Source of the DNA: a virus
IMG/VR virus record: IMGVR_UViG_3300027759_000075
Coordinates: 1-64,000 of that record
Direction: 5' to 3' (one strand)
DNA: 64,000 nucleotides
Positions 18,800 to 30,444 of this stretch are shown piece after piece. The notes beneath the pieces were generated by a model. The model saw only the letters and a program-made list of their open reading frames with translations. It was not told the origin of the DNA and ran no database searches. The translations under genes were made by a program, and so were the position numbers. Numbering within the stretch: the first letter of the stretch is position 1; each line of letters starts with the position of its first letter.

Positions 18800-19310
18800 G
18801 TCCGGTTATTTGTAGTGTGTATCTTGGTGTCAATCCTAAATTGGCTGCCATGTGTGGAGTGTCATAGGCCCATTCAACTGTGGCACCGGCTTTCCAATCA
18901 GTATAGGGTCTACTTAAACTTTCAAAATAATGTCCAGGTTGCCAGTCTTCTAAAAATACTATAGCACGACGGATAGTGTGTTCTTGGCCTTTGAGATCAA
19001 ATAAGTCAATGTATTTTAAATATAAATCACCGTGTGTAGGCAACACTGTTCCGGTGTTCATTCTATAATAACTGGTGCCAACGTCTTTCCACCCTTGACC
19101 AGTAAAAATGTCTAGGAAACGTTGATTCCAGCTGGGTTGTGGACTGCGCATGTCGCACATGTCTCCAGTGAATCGATTGGCATACCCTTGAGTTAACCAT
19201 TGCTGAGCTAGTGCAATATCATTAAATGATTCATTGATATAGTTTAATGTTTTGTACTCGTTATTCCAAAAAGGATACAGTTGATATCGGTGTATCATGT
19301 GCTGGGTCAT
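18786..19310 (-). CDS. 2OG-Fe(II)/cupin hydroxylase
   Basis: LPTHGD..PH.AAN.G..PRY.LQITG. Confidence 0.7.
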   Translation of the reverse strand: MTQHMIHRYQLYPFWNNEYKTLNYINESFNDIALAQQWLTQGYANRFTGDMCDMRSPQPSWNQRFLDIFTGQGWKDVGTSYYRMNTGTVLPTHGDLYLKYIDLFDLKGQEHTIRRAIVFLEDWQPGHYFESLSRPYTDWKAGATVEWAYDTPHMAANLGLTPRYTLQITGHVDD

Positions 19311-19351
19311 ATTTTATTGATGCCTATGTTTTTATAATTAAATAACTTCAT

Positions 19352-20752
19352 ATGAATATTCCATTAGATCGATTGTATCAGTTTATCAATAATCTAGCCA
19401 ATGAAATTTACGGAGATCGTGTAATAATTTATCGTTTTTGGCCCAACGGCTCAAAAAATATCCAGGATTTAAATCATCTAGATGGTGAGTTGCCCAACAA
19501 CTGGTATGATGAAAATATTACACCAGCCATATGGTGTAATGATCAAGAACCACTGGATCATGAATTTTATGAAAAGAACCTCAGGCAACCTGGGTTATCA
19601 AGTAAATTTTTTGACCTGTTAAAATCATTAAATGTATATGTGCCCCCTAAAAATTTAAATTATAACAAAAATATATTTGAAAAAGGTTTATTAATACACA
19701 GCGAAAAACTATCCAGTAACTTGAAAAAATATAAACTAGATAATAATCTAATTCCAGTGTATTACTGGAGTCATGCTATAATTGCTCGAGACTGGTTTAG
19801 ATACGCAGAACATGTTGAACAAAAAAAGAATGTCAAAAAAGCCTTCTTAATCTATAATCGTGCATGGGCTGGCACTAGAGAATATAGATTAAAATTTGCT
19901 GAACTGCTAATCGAATCAGGCTTAGAGAATTATTGCCAAATCAGTATCAACCCAATTGAGCCTCAATTGGGCATACACTACAAAATGCACAAATTTAAAA
20001 ATCCAAACTGGCAACCTCATATTGTATTAGAAAATTTCTTTTCAATCAACACTGCACCCAGTCATTACAGTGCCGATTTTGACACAGTAGACTATAACTT
20101 TACTGATATCGAAGTGGTACTTGAAACGCTGTTTGACGATAAGCGATTACATCTGACTGAAAAAAGTCTACGACCTATTGCTTGTGGACAACCTTTTATT
20201 CTTGCAAGCACATCAGGCAGTTTAGAATATTTGCGCAGTTACGGATTTAAAACATTTGGACATATCTGGGATGAACAGTATGATTTAGAGCAAGATTCAG
20301 AAACACGGTTGATACAAATTGCGGATCTTATGAAGTCGATTGCCAACTGGAGTCCCAAGATTCGAGAACAAAAAATGGCACAAGCTCAAGCTATTGTTGA
20401 ATACAATCGTAAATACTTTTTTAGTAAAGAATTTTTTGATTTTGTAATTGATGAATTAAAAACAAATTTAAAATTAGCATTTGACGAGTTTGAGCAGTCC
20501 AATAATTATAAAACCTGGATTGACCGTTGGGCCCAATTAATATCGTATCCAGAAATACAACATTTTTTGAATAGCAATCAAGACTCCGCACAACCAACAA
20601 TGTCTCAGTTGACCCGTATACAAGCGTTAATAAAAAATAAATTAAAAGGCAATAATACTGAAACTATAGAAAACCCTAAACATAGAACAACCGAACGCCC
20701 TAGTGGTGCCCAGAATCCAAGTGACAGTTCTATACATCCGATTAAAAAATAG
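19352..20752 (+). CDS. Glycosyltransferase-like protein
   Basis: VVLET..LTEK..RPI..QPFI..YLR..GFKTF..WDE.YD. Confidence 0.55.
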   Translation: MNIPLDRLYQFINNLANEIYGDRVIIYRFWPNGSKNIQDLNHLDGELPNNWYDENITPAIWCNDQEPLDHEFYEKNLRQPGLSSKFFDLLKSLNVYVPPKNLNYNKNIFEKGLLIHSEKLSSNLKKYKLDNNLIPVYYWSHAIIARDWFRYAEHVEQKKNVKKAFLIYNRAWAGTREYRLKFAELLIESGLENYCQISINPIEPQLGIHYKMHKFKNPNWQPHIVLENFFSINTAPSHYSADFDTVDYNFTDIEVVLETLFDDKRLHLTEKSLRPIACGQPFILASTSGSLEYLRSYGFKTFGHIWDEQYDLEQDSETRLIQIADLMKSIANWSPKIREQKMAQAQAIVEYNRKYFFSKEFFDFVIDELKTNLKLAFDEFEQSNNYKTWIDRWAQLISYPEIQHFLNSNQDSAQPTMSQLTRIQALIKNKLKGNNTETIENPKHRTTERPSGAQNPSDSSIHPIKK

Positions 20753-20842
20753 TACACTGTTGTTGAATAACAGAAAAAAACAAAAAAGTCTAACATCAAT
20801 TATATATGTTTTATTTTACCAGTGGGTTGTGTATTTTACTGT

Positions 20843-21043
20843 CTATTTGTTTGCGTGATACACTTGTCCTTTAATAACAACCATTCCGTCTTTGACTGCT
20901 TGTAGATACAGTTGCCCCCAGCGTTCGGCCACATTCGAGTCACCTATGTATGGGGAGATTGTTTTGCCAGTGTCGTCAGTCCAGTACCAAGTGACATTCA
21001 TTGCATCGCCATAGTGTTGTAATTGTATATTGGCTTTGTCCAT
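20843..21043 (-). CDS. Hypothetical protein
   Basis: Coupled ORF. Confidence 0.45.
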   Translation of the reverse strand: MDKANIQLQHYGDAMNVTWYWTDDTGKTISPYIGDSNVAERWGQLYLQAVKDGMVVIKGQVYHANK

Positions 21044-21228
21044 TATTTTAGTATTTTCTTGTTTAAAATCTTTACAGCTATATGATAAGCTTCTTCGTGA
21101 TCCAATGCTTCAACTGTTTCAAAATCTGTTTGTCCATCTTGAGTTTGATAAACAACATTCCATAGTTTACCGTTAACATGTGTAACACTTGTAACAAAAA
21201 ACAACTGCAACTGTAGGCCGGGTATCAC
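21043..21228 (-). CDS. Hypothetical protein
   Basis: Coupled ORF. Confidence 0.45.
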   Translation of the reverse strand: MIPGLQLQLFFVTSVTHVNGKLWNVVYQTQDGQTDFETVEALDHEEAYHIAVKILNKKILK

Positions 21229-21452
21229 GTGATCTTTGCCAAAGCTTCTAACATGGCAAGACCTAGTGATCCTATAAGGACCAGTGCAAATACTATCGGT
21301 GCTAAATTCATATCATTCTCCTTTGGTAAAATTTTTATCAACGTGATTGTGTTGCTGTAACTCGTTGTGACTGACTTCGCATGACATCAGATTCCAGCAC
21401 TATCATTGACAATAAAACAACTAATATGGCTATAAAAAATAAAGGTTGCATG

Positions 21453-21893
21453 TTATTTGTATAATTTAAAAAAGTAAGTGACCAAGGCCGCTGCAGTCAT
21501 GCACCACCAAAACGCTTGAACTTGGCGTTGCCGGTCATAATCTACCAGCTTGTCTTCTTCTTCTTTTTCCTTTTGCAGTTTGGCCTTTAGGGCCTCTACT
21601 TCAATCCAGGCATTTTTTCCATGTTTGCGTATGGTATCCTGTTTGACCTTTTCTATTTCTTTTTCGTGTGCCTTTTGTTGTTCGTATTTTTCTACAGCAC
21701 GTACTTCTAACATAGCAGCACGCCTTTCCTCTGCCAGCTTGGCCTGAACTCGTGCTCGATGTTGTTGTTGTACTGCTGCTTCCATATCGGCTTGCTGTGA
21801 AGTCACAACTGACCCTAGTTCTTTACCTGCGGCTTGTGCTCCTTTTAGTGTGCTGGCCGCTGACTTTGCTCCGCTTACTGGATCCATAACCAT
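21453..21893 (-). CDS. Coiled-coil protein with C-terminal TM anchor
   Basis: Q/E/K-rich heptads then hydrophobic tail. Confidence 0.65.
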   Translation of the reverse strand: MVMDPVSGAKSAASTLKGAQAAGKELGSVVTSQQADMEAAVQQQHRARVQAKLAEERRAAMLEVRAVEKYEQQKAHEKEIEKVKQDTIRKHGKNAWIEVEALKAKLQKEKEEEDKLVDYDRQRQVQAFWWCMTAAALVTYFFKLYK

Positions 21894-22411
21894 ATGGCCT
21901 CGGTCATTGATATAGAACCTAGGATACCAACCGCAATGCTGGCCCAGAACAGATTCATGTTGACTGCCAAGATACTAGCAGTTAATAGTACAATGGCTAT
22001 TTGGAACAAGCTACCAGCATAGGTATACCAAGGACTACGATTTTTAGCATCAGCCCTGCTGACTTCCAAGTGTTTAGCTTTGGCCATTAATTCGCGTTTG
22101 CCTTCACCTGTAGCAGGATCAGATTCGTATCGATCAATCCGGGCCTGTAGGTCTTGAGCCTTTTTCTTGTCGCCCGAACGCACAGCATCATCGTGTGCCA
22201 TTTCAGCTAGAGTTTGTTTGATACTTTTGGCTTGATAAAATGCCCAGGTGTTGTTGGCATCTATGGTATTGTTAAGTATTCGACTGGAATTTGATCCGCC
22301 CATTAAGGTGTTGATAGCCAACAGGGCTGCAAGTACAGTAATTATCCATCCAGCACGGTCTTTGATGTGTGTTTCTCTTTCGCTCCTAGAGAGAGATTTT
22401 ACTTCGGACAT
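21875..22411 (-). CDS. DUF4337-like membrane protein
   Basis: W.FYQAKSIKQ motif; 3 TM helices. Confidence 0.75.
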   Translation of the reverse strand: MSEVKSLSRSERETHIKDRAGWIITVLAALLAINTLMGGSNSSRILNNTIDANNTWAFYQAKSIKQTLAEMAHDDAVRSGDKKKAQDLQARIDRYESDPATGEGKRELMAKAKHLEVSRADAKNRSPWYTYAGSLFQIAIVLLTASILAVNMNLFWASIAVGILGSISMTEAIWLWIQ

Positions 22412-22461
22412 ACTTACTCCTTATTGTTATTATTATAACAGTATTTAATGAGGAGTTAGTA
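22411..22461 (-). promoter_or_regulatory. RBS-sequestering hairpin enclosing late promoter TAAATA
   Basis: 15-nt arms, 13 paired, covering the SD; TAAATA at 22442-22447. Confidence 0.7.
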
Positions 22462-22473
22462 AGGAATTATATG

Positions 22474-22824
22474 CTAGGTTTTTGGTATTACAGGGGACCA
22501 ACGGTCATCAAGGGTTAACGTCTTTAGACGGTTCACTCTGGAGCGAATGTCTTCATAAAAAGAGTCAACTTCGCCGCCCCATTTGCCTACTAATTGCTCT
22601 ATAGCTTGTTCGCATTGATCCCAGTTGCGTTGACCGTAACTTGCTATTAGGTCAGCATGTACAGCTTTGAGATTTTCTGTTTCTGACAATTCAGTAATGG
22701 GAATGTTTTCAACCACACAGCAAACTGTGTGTGTTGATCCATCTGGAATACTAAAAGTATCCAGGTCTAATACCACATATCGTTTCTCTATGTCTGCCGA
22801 ATTCTCTTTAAAAATTATGTTCAT
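22474..22824 (-). CDS. Stand-alone domain resembling the adenylate cyclase C-terminal appendage
   Basis: LDLD..H..L...Y..RNWD..L.GKW.GE.DSFY..W. Confidence 0.5.
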   Translation of the reverse strand: MNIIFKENSADIEKRYVVLDLDTFSIPDGSTHTVCCVVENIPITELSETENLKAVHADLIASYGQRNWDQCEQAIEQLVGKWGGEVDSFYEDIRSRVNRLKTLTLDDRWSPVIPKT

Positions 22825-22849
22825 CTTGATCCTCTCTTAAATAGTTATC

Positions 22850-23641
22850 ATGACTTTTGCTTTTGATTTAATTTCTGACCTACATGTTGAAACCTGGGAC
22901 AGCTTTGACTGGACTGGGCAAGCCACCAGCCCGTACTGTGTTGTTGCTGGGGATGTAGCACGTGATCGTCAACTACTGCTGGACGCATTAACCCATCTTG
23001 GCCAGTGTTACCCGGGTGGTGTTTTTTACGTTGATGGCAACGAAGAGCACAAAGATTATCTTGATGATCTAGGAGCCAGTTACCGAGATTTAGCCAAGGA
23101 TATAGATGCTATAAAAAATGTAGTGTACCTGCAGGACAATGTGGTTATTGTAAATGGAGTAGCATTGTTAGGTACCAATGCTTGGTGGACTTATGACTTT
23201 GATCCGGAAGTAAATGTGGATACCAGCATACAACACATACAAGATCATTTTGGCATCGATAGTTCAGCAGCCACAAACATCATGGGCGTGGCCTACAACG
23301 ATGCGGCCTACATGATCAACAGTGTACACAAACTACAAACTCACCAAGAAGTAGGGGTCATAGTCATAGTCAGCCACACAGTTCCAGCACCCTGGGTCAT
23401 TAGACACGATCCAGAACTGGTAGGAACTTGGAGATTTAACGGCATGGGCAACAGTCATATCACACGAGCCATCAACGAAGATACCGAAAACAAAATTAAA
23501 ACATGGTGCTTTGGGCACTATCATAGGCCCGTACATCAACAACTGGATGGAATAGAGTACATATCTAACCCTCGTGGTCGTGGCAACACCGATTGGTGTC
23601 AACCAGCTTACTATCCAAAAAGAATAGAAATAAAAATTTAA
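22850..23641 (+). CDS. Calcineurin-like metallophosphoesterase
   Basis: SDLH, AGD, GNEE, SH, FGHYH. Confidence 0.88.
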   Translation: MTFAFDLISDLHVETWDSFDWTGQATSPYCVVAGDVARDRQLLLDALTHLGQCYPGGVFYVDGNEEHKDYLDDLGASYRDLAKDIDAIKNVVYLQDNVVIVNGVALLGTNAWWTYDFDPEVNVDTSIQHIQDHFGIDSSAATNIMGVAYNDAAYMINSVHKLQTHQEVGVIVIVSHTVPAPWVIRHDPELVGTWRFNGMGNSHITRAINEDTENKIKTWCFGHYHRPVHQQLDGIEYISNPRGRGNTDWCQPAYYPKRIEIKI

Positions 23642-23946
23642 ACCGTTTCGGGTTCTAGTTTGATTTGCAAGGGATAATCACGGCTACGAGCACATACCGT
23701 GACTTCGATACCTTTTTGTTCAGCAATCTCATATGGCAATACTGCTACCACAGCTGATCCAGAGTTATGAATATCTTGTGTAATCTCCATGGCCGTTTGT
23801 TCAGTATAGTTGAATGAATCTAACAAGGTTTCGATTACAAACTCCATAGGTGTGGTGTTATCGTTAAGATAGATAATCTTAAACATCGGTGGCTCTGAGA
23901 GACCTTGATTGATTTGTGTTTTTGTAACTGTGCCAGCTTGTGACAT
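23638..23946 (-). CDS. clpS: Clp protease adaptor ClpS
   Basis: LNDNTTPMEFV, IHNSG, YEIAEQK, YPL. Confidence 0.92.
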   Translation of the reverse strand: MSQAGTVTKTQINQGLSEPPMFKIIYLNDNTTPMEFVIETLLDSFNYTEQTAMEITQDIHNSGSAVVAVLPYEIAEQKGIEVTVCARSRDYPLQIKLEPETV

Positions 23947-24006
23947 GTTTGGTCCCTTTAATGTAGTGGAGAGCAACATGCCCTCCACTGTATTTACTAT
24001 ATTATA

Positions 24007-24453
24007 TTATTTCTTGTAGGTAATAGCAATAGTCTTTGGTAGAAGTGCTTCAGGAACACGACGCTCTAAGCTAACAGTGAGAATACCATCTTGACTTTGA
24101 GCATCAATAACTTCTACATAATCTGCCAAGGTAAATGTACGTATAAAACGACGAGCACTAATACCTTGATGCTCATACACTTGTCCTTCAGGCAACTCAG
24201 TGGACAGCTTTTCACCAGTGATGATTAATTGACCTTCGTTAACATTAACTGTGACTTCACCCTGAGAAAAGCCAGCAACAGCTACTTGAATTTCGTAGGT
24301 GTTTTCGCCAGTCTTTACAATATTGTACGGTGGATAGTTAGTAGTTGTTGCGGCCGCTGTATCAATTTGATGAATCATACGATCAAATAAATGATCGATA
24401 CCAACGGAATTACGATAGAATGGACTGAGGTCCAGAGTTGTGAGTCTTGTCAT
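24007..24453 (-). CDS. ibpA: Small heat-shock protein Hsp20/IbpA
   Basis: NYPPYNI, AVAGF, GISAR.F.RTF.LA, DGIL. Confidence 0.95.
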   Translation of the reverse strand: MTRLTTLDLSPFYRNSVGIDHLFDRMIHQIDTAAATTTNYPPYNIVKTGENTYEIQVAVAGFSQGEVTVNVNEGQLIITGEKLSTELPEGQVYEHQGISARRFIRTFTLADYVEVIDAQSQDGILTVSLERRVPEALLPKTIAITYKK

Positions 24454-24526
24454 TGTTTTCTCCTTTAATTAAACGAAGTGACATATAGTGTGGACCCGAC
24501 CATCGGCATCCACACTATTATTTATA
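24454..24526 (-). promoter_or_regulatory. TATAAATA late promoter plus structured leader, copy A
   Basis: 10-bp outer stem enclosing UG-CCGA..UCGG-G; SD AAAGGAG. Confidence 0.75.
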
Positions 24527-24550
24527 ACAGATTTTTACATATCTGTCAAG

Positions 24551-26197
<1,647 letters not shown>

Positions 26198-26485
26198 TTA
26201 TTCTACAATTGCCATTACGTCATCTTCTTTGAGGATGAGGTATTCTTCACTATCGACCTTGATTGTTTGTCCAGCGTGTTTGCTAAACAACACACGGTCA
26301 CCAATTTTTACATCCATTGGTACTACTGTACCATCTTCAGTAACACGGCCTCCACCAGCAGCTAATACTTCACCTTGGCTGGGTTTTTCTGTTGCTGCAT
26401 CCGGAATAATAATTCCAGATTTAGTAGCAGTTTCGGCTTCCAATACTCGAATTACAATACGGTCCTTGATAGGTTTTAAATTCAT
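26198..26485 (-). CDS. groES: Co-chaperonin GroES
   Basis: [19 protein letters not shown]. Confidence 0.98.
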   Translation of the reverse strand: MNLKPIKDRIVIRVLEAETATKSGIIIPDAATEKPSQGEVLAAGGGRVTEDGTVVPMDVKIGDRVLFSKHAGQTIKVDSEEYLILKEDDVMAIVE

Positions 26486-26527
26486 TCTGACTCCTTTTAA
26501 ATGTAAATGATATTACCACAACACTAA

Positions 26528-26556
26528 ATTATAACACAGGCAATGAGTTGTGTCAA
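26528..26556 (-). promoter_or_regulatory. Consensus sigma70 promoter of groESL
   Basis: TTGACA-N17-TATAAT. Confidence 0.88.
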
Positions 26557-26596
26557 CAACTATGTTGTTAATTAGATAGATTTTGGGAGTATGACG

Positions 26597-26692
26597 CTAG
26601 GTCACGTAGGTGTGCTTTGACATATGATTTCTCCTTAAAAATAAGCAAGTAATAATGTAGACCCCACCCGGGCATCTACAATTTTATTTATA
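26597..26692 (-). promoter_or_regulatory. TATAAATA late promoter plus structured leader, copy B, with mini-ORF MSKHTYVT*
   Basis: Same hairpin core as copy A; SD TAAGGAGA; ORF 26623-26597. Confidence 0.65.
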
Positions 26693-26698
26693 ACACTT

Positions 26699-26923
26699 TT
26701 ACCACCGTCTGTCAATAAGTTGGTATTCTATTTTGGAATTCCAAGTGGTGGCAAATACAGTATAGTATTGAGCATTATCAAACGCCAATCTATGAGTGTA
26801 TTTTATTGTTTTTTGTGTGTAAGGAATATTGTAACGAGTTGCCCAATCAACAATGTCAAGTCGAACAAGATTTAAAACGTACCCGTAACTTTCGTCTTGG
26901 GGCAATTCAAATTCTATAAACAC
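26699..26923 (-). CDS. Hypothetical protein
   Basis: GTG start just after the rpsU stop. Confidence 0.5.
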   Translation of the reverse strand: MFIEFELPQDESYGYVLNLVRLDIVDWATRYNIPYTQKTIKYTHRLAFDNAQYYTVFATTWNSKIEYQLIDRRW

Positions 26924-26924
26924 A

Positions 26925-27146
26925 CTAGTAAAGTTTTTTTGGAAGTTGTTGGTCGCGTAAGCGTTTGCGTAAGCGGGCTCTAGCAGAACCTTTTTTACGT
27001 TTGCGTTCAGTGGTAGGTTTTTCGTAGGTTTCTCTAGCACGTAGTTCGTCTAACAACCCATCTTCTTGTATTTTTTTCTTAAATTTACGGAGAGCCTGGT
27101 CAACTTTGCCATCGACAACTTTAACTCCTCGTTTGTACTCTCTCAT
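26925..27146 (-). CDS. rpsU: Ribosomal protein bS21
   Basis: [11 protein letters not shown]...ELR.RE.YEKPT..RKRK. Confidence 0.93.
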   Translation of the reverse strand: MREYKRGVKVVDGKVDQALRKFKKKIQEDGLLDELRARETYEKPTTERKRKKGSARARLRKRLRDQQLPKKLY

Positions 27147-28336
27147 GCATTTCCTTGTATCAGTGTCATAGGAGTATTTACCTGGGTTTTATTGATTGTA
27201 ACCTGCAAAATATTGTTTTTTTGATAGCGAGGCAAATCAAACATGTGCGGTAACAATATGCGCTCTAGCTCGTTATGTAGGCCGCGGGCACCTGTTTTGG
27301 TTTTAAGTGTGCGTTCGGCTATAAGATCCAGGCTTTCTGCATCAAAATGTAATTCAACACCATCTTCTTCGAACAACCATTGATATTGTTCAACAAAATT
27401 GCCTTTTATCTGTGTAAGGATACTGACCAATTGGTCTTTATCAAGATCGTGTAGGGTTACATAACTACTAAAACGACCTACAAATTCAGGAATCATTCCA
27501 TACTTGACTAAATCATCCGGGGTCACTGGTTCATTATCAATGGCAGATGCAAGATGAGCTCCAAATCCTATAGCAGTTCCTCGAGCACGTCGTTGTATAA
27601 TTGTGTTCATGCCAACAAAAGCGCCACCAGCGATAAACAAAATATTGGTAGTATCAATTTCTACCGTTTCACTACTGTTGATTTTTTTATTTCCTTGAGC
27701 TGGTACACGACACTTGGTTCCTTCTATCAATTTAAGCAAGGCTTGTTGTACGCCTTCACCCGAAACATCTTTAGTAACTGTAGAACTTTCACTTTTTCTA
27801 GAAATTTTATCAATCTCATCTAGGAATATAATACCACGCTGACAACGTTCTACATCGCCATCAGCAGCAGTATATAGTCTTGTGATCATGCTTTCAACAT
27901 CATCACCCACATAGCCAGCTTCAGTCAAGCAAGTGGCGTCGGCCACTACAAATGGCACATTTAAATATTGTGCCACAATTCGAGCCAACAAGGTCTTGCC
28001 TGTACCGGTTGGACCAAGCATAAGTATGTTGGCTTTTTGCACGTCAGTATCGGTTCGCTTGATACGTTTGTAATGATTGACTACTGCAACCCCCAGCACA
28101 ATCTTGGCTTGATGTTGGCCAATTACATATTGATCAAGATACTCTGTTATATCTTTAGGATCAGGAATAGTAACAGAGTTGTCCGTGGATTGCTTAACTG
28201 TTTTGCCATCTTTTAATAAATTACCGCACAAGTCCACACATTCATTACAAATGGCCACCTTATGACTTACAATTAATTTACCAACTCGATCTTTGTGTTT
28301 ATCACAAAAACTACAATGGGCTAGTGCCTCTGACAT
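27143..28336 (-). CDS. clpX: ClpX ATPase
   Basis: CSFC..ICNEC zinc domain, [26 protein letters not shown]. Confidence 0.97.
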   Translation of the reverse strand: MSEALAHCSFCDKHKDRVGKLIVSHKVAICNECVDLCGNLLKDGKTVKQSTDNSVTIPDPKDITEYLDQYVIGQHQAKIVLGVAVVNHYKRIKRTDTDVQKANILMLGPTGTGKTLLARIVAQYLNVPFVVADATCLTEAGYVGDDVESMITRLYTAADGDVERCQRGIIFLDEIDKISRKSESSTVTKDVSGEGVQQALLKLIEGTKCRVPAQGNKKINSSETVEIDTTNILFIAGGAFVGMNTIIQRRARGTAIGFGAHLASAIDNEPVTPDDLVKYGMIPEFVGRFSSYVTLHDLDKDQLVSILTQIKGNFVEQYQWLFEEDGVELHFDAESLDLIAERTLKTKTGARGLHNELERILLPHMFDLPRYQKNNILQVTINKTQVNTPMTLIQGNA

Positions 28337-28338
28337 TT

Positions 28339-30018
28339 TTATGCTCCACTTAGTCGTTGTTCAATACTGGTTCTTTCGGCGTCGCTCAATAATTCAGGAT
28401 CATACTCACCAGTACTAATCTTACTGATAAGATGATCAATATATGCAGCATCATAGGCATGTTGGTCGCTTAGGGCTTTGTCTACTTCAATCCAAATGTT
28501 GCCATTAAATTTATACAACGCACTTGGCAATCGATCCACACGCAAAAACATATCGCCTTTGCCGGGATTGGCTGGAAATTGTGTACCAAATCCCTTGACT
28601 TCTCCTGAATGAGGAATGTTGTCAGCTATTAGTCCAAGTTGTGCCTGATAGTCAGGATGATAGTCTGGGGTGTTCCATGGCAAGTCAGTAATATGGCCAG
28701 CATCGTATAAAGATCTTTGTTTTTTAATTGTATCTCCGGGATTAGCCGTCTTCCATGCTCGTTGTGCTTCTTTTTCTGCATCGGTGGTGCCATCTTCATG
28801 ATCATCCGTCGTTTCTTCGTTCACTAATAGCGTGTCAATTATTTGTGGTTCAACAGGAGCATGCTCGGCTTCGGAATCTTTTTTGAATACACTTGTGGCA
28901 CGGCTCCACATTGCGTCTAGACTGGATAATACATTTTTCTTTTTGTTTTCTTGAGGAACTAATTGCGCAATTTGTTCAATCTGCTCGTCGGTTATAGGAC
29001 TATCGTCGGGTTCATACGTAGGAGCGGCGGGCTCAAAATATTCATTTTCTGCGGCTGTGTTGGATTGATTTTCAACCATAGGTTCAAGGTGATCCACAGC
29101 CGAGGTAGTAAAAGTGCTTGGCGTTTCGTGTTGTGTTTCTTGTTTTTTATCCCAAAAACGGGCACGTTCCTTGGCACGATCAAACCACGACTCTGTATCT
29201 GTGTCTTTGTCTTTATTGTCAGTGACTTTACCATTCTTCTTGGTGGGTGCTAGTATATTAATACCACGTTCCCATTCAAAGGTCTTGGTGGCGGCCAATA
29301 ACAGCGTAAGTGCCAGCGGGTCAAACACAATGACAATTAAAATAATTACCCAGCGTACTGCTTTTTCCAACAAGTTGGCGTCGGGGTTGTCGCCGTAGAT
29401 CAGTGCGGCAATGTATTTGATAGGACCCACTTCGGCTTCTACCTGACGTGCTTGGCTGGCAATAGGAGCTCGTTGCTCTTGTAGCCGGGTGATTTCTGTT
29501 TGTGCTTTTGAGATATCATTTTGCAAGGCTGTGCGTTCACGAGCTTGGCTACGACGGATTGCCACTGCCTTGTCTGCACCTTTTTCATCTGAACTACGAC
29601 CCATAACTTGGTCTACAGCACTATCTATCTGTGTCAAGGCCGCACGGGCTGTTTTGATGTTATCTTTTTGTGTTTGAATCTTGTCGTCAAATATTTGAAC
29701 TTGAGCTTGTATATCACCTGACGGAACTGCCTGGTCAAGGTGTGCTTTGCTTAAGAAACCAAACACACCCATACTGGTCAACACCATGAGAATAATCACT
29801 GCACTACATAGATAAAGTTTATATTGTAGTTCGGCCCGAGTCCAATACTTGTGAAGCCACAAGGTTGTTACTATCTTGCCAATCTCAAGACTGCTGCCGA
29901 GCACCACAATGGGCCAAAAAGCCGCGGCAAAGATAGCTGTTAGACCAAGAATAGAATATACTGCCGCCGACATTGACAATATCAAGGCTGTAAATAAAGT
30001 TAGGTATCCGAACATCAT
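28339..30018 (-). CDS. Membrane-anchored coiled-coil protein with acidic linker
   Basis: 3 N-terminal TM, coiled coil, TM, acidic region; TAAATA 7 nt before MMFGY. Confidence 0.7.
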   Translation of the reverse strand: MMFGYLTLFTALILSMSAAVYSILGLTAIFAAAFWPIVVLGSSLEIGKIVTTLWLHKYWTRAELQYKLYLCSAVIILMVLTSMGVFGFLSKAHLDQAVPSGDIQAQVQIFDDKIQTQKDNIKTARAALTQIDSAVDQVMGRSSDEKGADKAVAIRRSQARERTALQNDISKAQTEITRLQEQRAPIASQARQVEAEVGPIKYIAALIYGDNPDANLLEKAVRWVIILIVIVFDPLALTLLLAATKTFEWERGINILAPTKKNGKVTDNKDKDTDTESWFDRAKERARFWDKKQETQHETPSTFTTSAVDHLEPMVENQSNTAAENEYFEPAAPTYEPDDSPITDEQIEQIAQLVPQENKKKNVLSSLDAMWSRATSVFKKDSEAEHAPVEPQIIDTLLVNEETTDDHEDGTTDAEKEAQRAWKTANPGDTIKKQRSLYDAGHITDLPWNTPDYHPDYQAQLGLIADNIPHSGEVKGFGTQFPANPGKGDMFLRVDRLPSALYKFNGNIWIEVDKALSDQHAYDAAYIDHLISKISTGEYDPELLSDAERTSIEQRLSGA

Positions 30019-30028
30019 AGAGTAATAT

Positions 30029-30253
30029 TTATTTAGATTTTTGGTCGTTGATTGAGAGATTATAGTCTCGTTCAGCGTGTACAAGACGGTGTTCTAAACG
30101 ATCAACACGACGTTGCAAATTAACTGTACGTATCAATAATAAGACCAATGCCACTACTACTAAAGTAAAGGTTAGACCCCAACCGGCGATGATTCCATAG
30201 GTCCAATACCAAAGACTATCAACACCATCAGCTAATAGTTTGATAGGATTCAT
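30029..30253 (-). CDS. Small TM/coiled-coil protein
   Basis: Single TM helix. Confidence 0.55.
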   Translation of the reverse strand: MNPIKLLADGVDSLWYWTYGIIAGWGLTFTLVVVALVLLLIRTVNLQRRVDRLEHRLVHAERDYNLSINDQKSK

Positions 30254-30444
30254 TCGGGTTTACCACCCGTACAACTTCCTCCACTAAACCATTCTTCCTC
30301 GGCTTGAACACGATATACAGCTAGGTCGTATTCATCTTTTTTAACACGATACTGGTCTTCAGTCAGGGCATGCCACCCACAACAACGACCTGTTGGGCTA
30401 CGACCACATCCGCACTGTCCTACTGTTTCTGGTTTGGCTTGCAT
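30250..30444 (-). CDS. CDGSH-like iron-sulfur domain protein
   Basis: CGCGRSPTGRCCGWH. Confidence 0.65.
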   Translation of the reverse strand: MQAKPETVGQCGCGRSPTGRCCGWHALTEDQYRVKKDEYDLAVYRVQAEEEWFSGGSCTGGKPE

